DNA of 64,000 bases, from NCBI RefSeq assembly GCF_009914755.1, contig NC_060928.1; one strand, written 5' to 3'. The notes under the pieces were generated by a model. That model ran no database searches. It saw only the letters and a list, made by a program, of their open reading frames with translations, and was not told the DNA's origin. Made by a program: the position numbers and the translations under genes. Below, piece after piece: positions 55,991-64,000 of the stretch. The DNA comes from the human T2T-CHM13v2.0 reference genome, Homo sapiens. How positions within the stretch are numbered: position 1 is the stretch's first letter; every line of letters begins with the position of its first letter.

Positions 55991-57271
55991 TAGCCAAACG
56001 AAGCATTAGAATACCAAATTATAGGGATGTGCATGATGACTTAACTGTTTCTTGCACGTTTTGCTGGGCGCTGTAATTCAGATAGTTTGTGTTTTAACTT
56101 TTACAATCTTCTAGTCTGCAATAATAATTTTATAGTTTGCTGTGGAACTGCACCAAATCCATAAAATCTGCAAAAGTCCTCAAAATTCCACATATGTGGG
56201 TTGTCATTGGCCCTAATAATTGTGCTCCAAGTTTTGCACTAAATTCTTCCACAAATTAGAAATGAAAACACCATGTGTTTCAGAGGAATGAATGAAAAAC
56301 ACCTACCAGGACACGGCTGAGCTAACACTCAGCACCTTCCAAAATTCTGCACTTGAGTCTTTTGTAAACAACCCTGCCTTTCAGTTCCTCAGTCAACACA
56401 TTAAATACACATCCTTTTCAGAAATTATTGTCTATATAGCTTATGAATCTAAAACCAGAACCATTTCACCAGGTTGGTGGGGATCTTTTCCATGTTTGCT
56501 GTGAATGGCAAAACCACATAACTCAATGGAACCACAGATGTGCAAATCTGGGTGGACAGCAGGGATGGCAGCCACCCTCAGTATGCAGATAGAGACCATG
56601 AAACTAATGTGGCTGTTAACTTGTCCCAGAAAGCAAACTCAAGGGGTTAGCAGCTGTTTTTGTTTCCTCTCTTTCTCTCTCTTCTTTTGCTGCTGACATT
56701 TGAAACATATATCTCACCATTGCTGACACCATCCCCCTCACCCCCACCAGTAGGAGTCAGTTCATTGCATGGACTGAGAGAGAGACATCTTGCCACCGGT
56801 TTCTTCTCTATCCAGATGTGATTTTTGCAGAGTAGCAGAGCACCGGAAGCTGGCTTCACCATAAAGGCTACTCTGCAGACTATTATCTTCCAGCATACAT
56901 GAGGGATAGCATATGGTATGAGGGTGGGCGTTCTAATGAGACAAATCAAAGACACCAATGGTTCACAGACTTCTCTAGGAGCAAAGTATTGCCCTATAGG
57001 ACACAAAGGAATTGATTTAAGAAACCCTTCAGAAAACTGGTATTGCTTTTATTTTCACTACAAAATAAATATTGAAGTAAATACAAAAAGATGTTCTCCA
57101 TAATGATGTATGAGAACCTGCATGAAATCAAGCCTGCATTCTGTGGCCACCACAAATTCAAGGCAAGCAGGACGCCACAAACTTCACCCTCCCACTCCCA
57201 AGTTTCTGCCAAATTAAGCCCCAAAGTTTAGGGACAGAAAGCAAAATATCCTAGATTCCTGTAACTCCTGG

Positions 57272-57576
57272 TTTGTTTTTTTTTTTGTTTTTTTTTTTTG
57301 AGACAGAGTCTTGCTCTCTTGCTCTCTCACCAGGCTGGAGTGCAGTCGCGTGACAGCAACCTCCACCTCCCAGGTTCAAGCTATTCTCCCGCCTCAGCCT
57401 CCTGAGTAGCTGGGACTACAGGCATGTGCCACCATGCCTGGCTAATTTTTGTATTTTTAGTAGAGACAGGGTTTCACCATGTTGGCCAGGATGGTCTCAA
57501 TGTCTTGACCTCATGATCCACCCACCTTGGCCTCCCAAAGTGCTGGGATTACAGGTGTGAACCACTGTGCCCAGCC
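57272..57576 (-). mobile_element. AluS (Sc-like)
   Basis: Poly-T then gagacagagtcttgctct..ggccaggatggtctcaatgtcttgacctcatgatcc; imperfect TSD cct(g/t)taactc. Confidence 0.93.
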
Positions 57577-57797
57577 CCTTTAACTCATTTTGAAATGATT
57601 CTCACATAACATATTCACATCAATATTTTCATAACCTAAGAAATTTCCATTGACCTAGTTTCCTTAATTAACTTGTGAGAAAAATTCTTATCATTGGATT
57701 TCTTTTAATTTTCAAAATATATAAATTGATGTGCAGATCGATACAAAATAACAATTTATGCTTGTTATAAACCCATCTCTGCTCAGAGTCCTGGAAA

Positions 57798-57913
57798 GGA
57801 CATCACAGTGGAAGGCCAAGTGGGCTGCAGGTGGCAGACACAGTTCCTCAGCCTGGACGTCACAGTGGAAGGCCAAGTGGGCTGCAGGCAGTGGACAGAG
57901 TTCCTCAGCCTGG
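57798..57913 (+). repeat. 57-bp tandem duplication
   Basis: ggac(a/g)tcacagtggaaggccaagtgggctgcagg..agttcctcagcct twice. Confidence 0.9.
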
Positions 57914-60259
57914 TCAGTTGCTCCTGGGATGGTGGGTGAGTCAGAACATGTGTCTTTATTTGTCAAGTGGGGGTTAAGCCAGGCATTGTCTAAGGTGCCT
58001 CACAGAGTTAATATTCTTTGCTGTGAACTTGCTGCCAAATAGTTCATAGGACAGTTTTTATGTTCAGCCAATGGGTAGAAATGTAGCCCAAAGACCTACA
58101 ACATGGGGCAGGGAATCAGGGCAGGGGACCAGGGCAGGGATCCAGGGCAGGGAACCTGCTCTCCCTTGCTGATGGTCTTCACTGTCCTCCTCTCCTTCCT
58201 CCCACGTGTCGGGATCAGTGATGAAGTGGAGGCACCTTTCAGAGAATGTATCCAGGATCTCCTTCTCCTCTCCTTCAAAAAACAGAAAGCTCGATGTTGT
58301 CTTTTATCACATCTGGTATTTGAAAATTTATGTTCTGATGAGGCACTGTGCGCAGAAGCAGAACCCGCTGCATCCAATGGTATGCTGCTATGCTGACCTC
58401 GAAGTCACTCGCCTTGGACACAGGCCGTTAACTTGACATGGTGATTTATTCGCCAATAAGCACATCTCCCATATCACAGATCAGCGAGTGGAGTGTGCTG
58501 CAAATGGTGTGGTGGCCTTGAACCCCTGAGATATCCTAGAGACATGATGGATGGGCTGGCCTGGCCTGTTGTGACTGTGGTGAAGGCAAGGGAGGCAGGG
58601 GTCTGCACCTGCCCCTGGTACAACCTGCTGCCCCACAAGCACCCAAAGCCTGCTGCCGGCATCGTCTTCCTTTGCTCTGAATCTTAGTTGTTAAGCTTTC
58701 CCCCAGAGTAACAGGAGAGTTGCAGCCTGCGGGAAAAGGACAAGATGTGAATTCTGTTTCAGGAATTTGGCCTTAAAAACAATGATGCTTATTTGTGTAG
58801 CCCAAGAGAGGAGCTCATTGAACATAAGTCAGATGCCAGGGCTGATGTGGCCTCAGATAGTAATTCTTACCTCACTGCTGTTTCAGGCAGCCAGTTCTTA
58901 CATTTGCATCCATTAGTGGGAAGAGCATCTCATCTTTCATAGAAAAGGTCGAGTGACAGCACACAGTCAACCAGGCATTGCCTCAAGAGCTGTGAGACGG
59001 TGCTCTAGGGGCACTGAGCCTCGGTGACCTGCCTGGGAGCCTCATGTAGTCCTGGAAAATCACCAGCTCTGCAAATCTCAACCCAAACAGGAAACTCTCT
59101 GCCCCGAAGTAGCACAGACATAACTCTCGATACATACGTCGATTTATCTCCACATTATTATTATTATTTAATTTTTTGTAATACAGCCTTGTTTTGACTT
59201 ACAACTCCCAGAGACATCCTTTCAAGGTAATATAATTCTAGCTTTATTGCAGTTCAGATGAACATTCTTTTTTAAAGCTAAAATAATGTAAGTTGTATCA
59301 AGTACTAACACCATTCTTAGGGCTGACATGAATAATCAGATTTTCATTTTGTCCTACAATTTCATACATCCCTAGTCCATGCAAACACTTTAAAGCAACC
59401 ATTTTCTAGACATAAATGTGCTGCTATATGATGATGAGACTCTGCATGATTTCTGTCTTATTCTTTATGCTTTTCTGTATTTTCCCAGTTTTCTAAAATA
59501 TTAACAAAATTTGTTGTTAAAATTGTAACAACCTTTTGAAAGAACATGCATTTAAAAACAAAATTATAAATGGGACATTTATAATTATGTGGTACATTGT
59601 GATAAAGATGGTAGGCTCAGCTGGCCCTGTGTTTCTATGTTGTACATTCGAAGCACTCACAAGGTGCCCAGAGCGTCGCAAGGGCTCTGAGGCCCCTCAG
59701 ACAGCAGCCAAGTAAGAAAGTTTAATTCACTAATTACAGTAGGAAAAGCTGAATTACAGAACAAGTGATGATCTGCCTGAGATGCTCATGTAATAACCTA
59801 GAACATTCCTGGGGAAAGCTGGGCCTGACTCCCACTATTCTGCTCTCTCCACACATTCCTCCAAGACCTTCTACAGACCCTTTGAGAGCGTGGAAGTTTG
59901 GAGTGGGAAGCCACGCTGAAGACGCCTTAACGTCCCAACAGTTTTGTTTCTTAATAAATTGAAGACTTACTTCAACATAATCATGCAACCCACTGAAAGA
60001 CTTTTAAAAAGTTTTTTACAAAAAGAATTACTACATTTATCCTCGAGACACCAAACAAGAGCCTAACTAACATTTTCATTGAATTGGCGATTGGCTTGAG
60101 TTGTTTCCAAATTGACTTTATTTGTCCTTTGGAATCACATAGACACAACCTTAATCTAAAAGTCATTAGCAACTAAATTTAAGATTATTGACTTAGCTGC
60201 ATAGAAAACCAAAAACTTGACATCCTGATGGAAAACTTGCATTCAATTTTATAAGAAGA

Positions 60260-60770
60260 GCTAATATTTAAGGAGAACTTAGTATATGCCAGTGGTATTC
60301 CAAGCACCATACCCGTATTAACTTAATTCCTGTAACAACCCTAGGAAGAAGGCTACATTATTATTCTAATCTTAAAGAGGAATAAACTGAGATACCGAGC
60401 CATTGAATAACAGTGAGTAAGTAAAGAAGCAAAGGATTGATCAGAGGTAATCTCACCTGGATCCTCTTACCCACTGAGCTAGGACTGCATTCTCACCCCA
60501 CAAATGGTGATGTGGTCAGGGCTACATAGTGGAGTGATCTAGACCACAGGCCTGGTGTCAAACACACTCAGGTTTTCATGCTCAGCCTGCCACTTACTAG
60601 CTGAGTATACTTAGGCAAAGCACTTTATTAAATATATCATTTTGCCTCAGTTTTCTTAATCTAGTCCCTAACTTGCATGATTGTCATAAGGCTTAAATTA
60701 GAGAATGTTTACAAGTTGGTTAGCTAGTGTCATAACATACTAAGGCTCCTTTAAATGGTACCTACTAGGA
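60260..60770. mobile_element. two MIR fragments in opposite orientations
   Basis: aaagaggaataaactgagatac (~60375) and ctgccacttactagctgagtatacttaggcaa..gcctcagttttcttaatct (~60590-60660). Confidence 0.6.
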
Positions 60771-61794
60771 TTATATCAACTTTCTAACATCTATTTTATC
60801 CTCCACAATAGTAGGATGCATTTAGAATGTTTGCAGTCACATGAGAAATTTATAAGGAGGAAGGCAGACAGCCTTATTTCAGAACTGAACAAGACTCAGA
60901 AGCCAACGTTTAGCTGTGTTTAGAAAGTTTTGCAGATCTCAAGTGAGTAGCACTTTCATCTAGTGATTCTTTTATTCAAGATCATAGGAAATATCCATTT
61001 GGAGCCTTTAAAACTCTTTTATGCCGCGAAAATGCAGACACACAAACAACGCACTATGGGTAATCCTGGCCTCAAGAGATCTGTGAACAAAATAAAGCAA
61101 CAAAGAACTGGCACAGAGCACTGTGCTGGCTCCGTTCATTTCCACACTGCTCTTGGAGCTGGGAGTGGAAAGGAGCAGGTAATTTCTTCCATGGGAGCAG
61201 CCAATGCATATTATTCTGGTGAAAGTACTTAAATACACAGAATAGAGACAGAATATGAAAAAGAGCAAACTGCTTTAAGGAAAAAAATTCACTCCTAAGG
61301 GAAAAGAATCATCTAGTTTTGTTTTATACCTGCAGAACAGAGATCAATGCTGAGACCTCGGTGTCTAGCACACAGCCCAGTATGTAACAGGTAAGAAAGT
61401 CAATTAACATTTCCTAGATGATTGATAGAAAAACACCTGAAAACTTTCTACCCAACAACCAAAACCATCTTCCAGGAAAGACACCTATTTGCCTGGATTC
61501 AGTCCTGAACATATGTACCACCCAACTGTAGTCACAAAGAGGAATTCTGTTTATAGAAAACTATTGTTAATATTTTTAAACCATTTGCTACATTACTATA
61601 TTTTAAAAGCTTAAAATTTCACAGAGAAAAATAATTTTACCTTTTGGAATTACTACATTTTGGAATTACAAAATTTTGCCGAAAAATTCTTAAGACAGCT
61701 GAGTCTGCAGGGTTGAAAGACCAGCGGAGATGATGGTTACAAAGTATGCCAGATGGCTTTTGTCCCATAACACACCATCTTAAACTTGGTCGTT

Positions 61795-62203
61795 GCAAGG
61801 GGCGATTTTGTGCCAACTTGGATAGGCCATGAACCCAGATATTAGGTCAAACACTCAGTGTAAATATTGCTGTGAAGGTATTTGTTAGATGAGATTAACA
61901 TTGAAATCAGTGGATATTTAGTGAAGAGGGTTACCCCCATAATGTGAGTGGACTTCACCTAAATGGTTGAAGGCCTTAAGAGAAAGAAAGACAGAGGTCC
62001 CGGAGGGAAAGGGAATCCTGCCTCCAGGTGGTCTCTGGGCTCCAGATTCAGCATCATCTCTTCTCTTTTCTTCATCTCTTCTCTGGCTCTCCAGCCTGCA
62101 GCCTGCCAGTCCCCACAATCGTGTGGGCCAATTCATTATAATACATCTCTCCCTCTCATGTATCGTATCTTACTTCTTTCTCCGGAGAACCCCGACGACC
62201 ATA
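61795..62203 (+). mobile_element. MLT2 (ERVL) LTR
   Basis: gtgccaacttggataggccatg.acccagatatt.ggtcaaaca..ctgtgaaggtattt..agatgagattaacatt..ccccacaatcgtgtgggccaattc..ggagaaccc. Confidence 0.85.
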
Positions 62204-62252
62204 ATGGCTTATACAACAACCTTTATTTCACTTACAATTTCCGGGCTCGCAG

Positions 62253-62399
62253 TTTGAGCTGTCTTCACTGGGGCAGGCCTGATCTTCTGGGCCGGACTCA
62301 GCTGATCTGGACTGGGCTCATTTGTGCAATTTGAGCTGGCTTCATTGGGGCAGGCCTGATCTTCTGGGCCAGACTCAGCTGATCTGGACTGGGCTCATT
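62253..62399 (+). repeat. 77-bp tandem duplication within an MLT1-like fragment
   Basis: tttgagctg.cttca.tggggcaggcctgatcttctgggcc.gactcagctgatctggactgggctcatt at 62253 and 62330. Confidence 0.85.
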
Positions 62400-62429
62400 C
62401 ACACATCTGTAACTGTCATTTGTTAGTCA

Positions 62430-62717
62430 AACATTTAAACGATTTGCAAAAATGTGAAACAATTTCCCTTTTCTCACCAATTTTTGAGGGGTTTGGAAAA
62501 TATAATTATTTTTCATAAAATGTTATTTACATTAAAATGTGTTGGTCTTAATATTATTTTAAATGAGTTGATAAATATTTTTTTACATTTCCCATTTTGG
62601 TATTCAATAAAGTAAATATAGATAGACATGACCCATGTGAATAAAAGCTGTTAAGTGTCCTCAATAATTTGAACTGTGTAAAGGGGTCCTAAGAATGAAA
62701 AGTTTGTGAATCACTGC
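62430..62717. mobile_element. Charlie1-type hAT terminal fragment
   Basis: gtcctcaataattt..gtgtaaaggggtcctaagaatgaaaagtttgtgaatcactg terminus. Confidence 0.7.
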
Positions 62718-63690
62718 TCAATACATGTCATCTGGAAGCAGCTAGTGTAGGATCCAGCCTAAATCTCCACGGCGTGAGGAAAGCCATGGCCATCCGGACC
62801 TCCTTTAGCAGTGATCAATGTCATCCATTACGTAAAACCTATTGAGGGTTTGCTATGTGCCAGAAAGGCGAGGTTTGCTGTGTATGCAGGAGCCAGGTCA
62901 TGGGAAGATTTGCAAACTTCACTAGGGCTTCAGCTTCACTTAGAAAGAAAAAAAAGTGACTGAAGTATTTTAACGAAGAGAATGATGTGTCTCGATTTAT
63001 ATTTTAGGAAGGTGATTACGAGGCTGTGTCTTTGATGGAATGAAGCCAATAAGGCTGCAGCCAAGAAGATCAGTTGGAGCTTTTAGCTGAAATCCAGGTG
63101 AGAAGAGATTAAGGCCTCCTAAATTAAGGCAGGAACAGAAGGAAAAGAAAGAAGAGCTTCCAGGAGCGATAAATGAGATAGATCTACTACACTGGGTGAC
63201 TAAATGGGCACAAAAAAATGAACGGCATTTCCTTTCTCCAAAGGCAATTTTCCTCAAATTATTGACATTATCCGAAAGACATAAACAGGTATTTTTCAAA
63301 GGAAGATATACAAATAATCAATGAACATACTAAAATGTGTTCAGAAATCACTAGAATAAAAAAATGCAAGTATAAGCAATAAAATAAATTGTCTTTAACC
63401 AAATGGCAGTTTTTTTTTTAGCAACACCTGTTTTCAAAGATAGGAAAAGAGATATGCAAACATGTTTGACAGAAAACTGAATCAGTACAACCATTCTGAA
63501 AAGCATTTTAGAAGAATGTTTCAGGACTTCTAGGAATTTATCTTAAGAGAACACAGTTCATGTCATTTACCACGTTCTAATATACTATCTAACGGGCTTC
63601 TCTATGTTTACTGTAAGTCTCACCTACTGGAATATAAATACTGCAAGAACAAAGATGGAATCCCAAGCACATAGAAGAGTGCACAACACG

Positions 63691-63840
63691 CTGTAAGTGC
63701 TTCCTAACCCCACTGTAAGTGCTTCCTAACCCCACTGTAAGTGCTTCCTAATCCCCACTGTAAGCGTTTCCTAACCGCTTCCTAAATAAATAAAAGATGT
63801 AAGTACTTCCTAACCCCTTTCTAAATAAATAAAAGATGTC
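63691..63840 (+). repeat. 22-bp tandem repeat x4 plus an adjacent duplicated AT-rich unit, amid L1M/L2 fragments
   Basis: ctgtaagtgcttcctaacccca at 63691, 63713, 63735 and 63758; ctaaataaataaaagatgt twice. Confidence 0.85.
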
Positions 63841-64000
63841 CACTAGGATTTACTTACCAAAGTGGTCACTATAGCATTACTTACAATGGCTAAACTGGAT
63901 AAATCTAAATGTTCATCAACGGGATACTGGTTAACAAAATAATGATGCCACTGCCATAGGAGGCAAAATCACATAATCATTAGAAAGCAAGTCATTAAGG

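Overview
Primate (human-like) genomic DNA, identified by AluJ/S/Y, THE1, LTR2 and L1PB elements. No conventional protein-coding exon is evident, and the long ORFs in the track come from tandem repeats, L1 remnants or low-complexity DNA. The window looks like the inside of a very large intron transcribed on the minus strand, since most L1/LTR elements lie on +. It holds a full-length TSD-flanked L1PB, a complete THE1 retroelement, an LTR2 (HERV-E) solo LTR, a U1 snRNA pseudogene, many old L2/MIR/DNA-transposon fragments and four minisatellites (units of 61, 34-35, 28 and 34 bp), a density suggesting a distal chromosomal position. The most interesting signal is four candidate frame-preserving microexons on the minus strand (24, 18, 42 and 18 nt). 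Each has AG/GT boundaries and a UGC near the 3' splice site, all are open in one shared phase, and one is followed by a dense YCAY (NOVA-type) cluster. I could not identify the host gene; these exons are inferred by eye and need RNA-seq and conservation checks. Repeat subfamily names come from recalled consensus similarity, and boundaries of old repeats are approximate.
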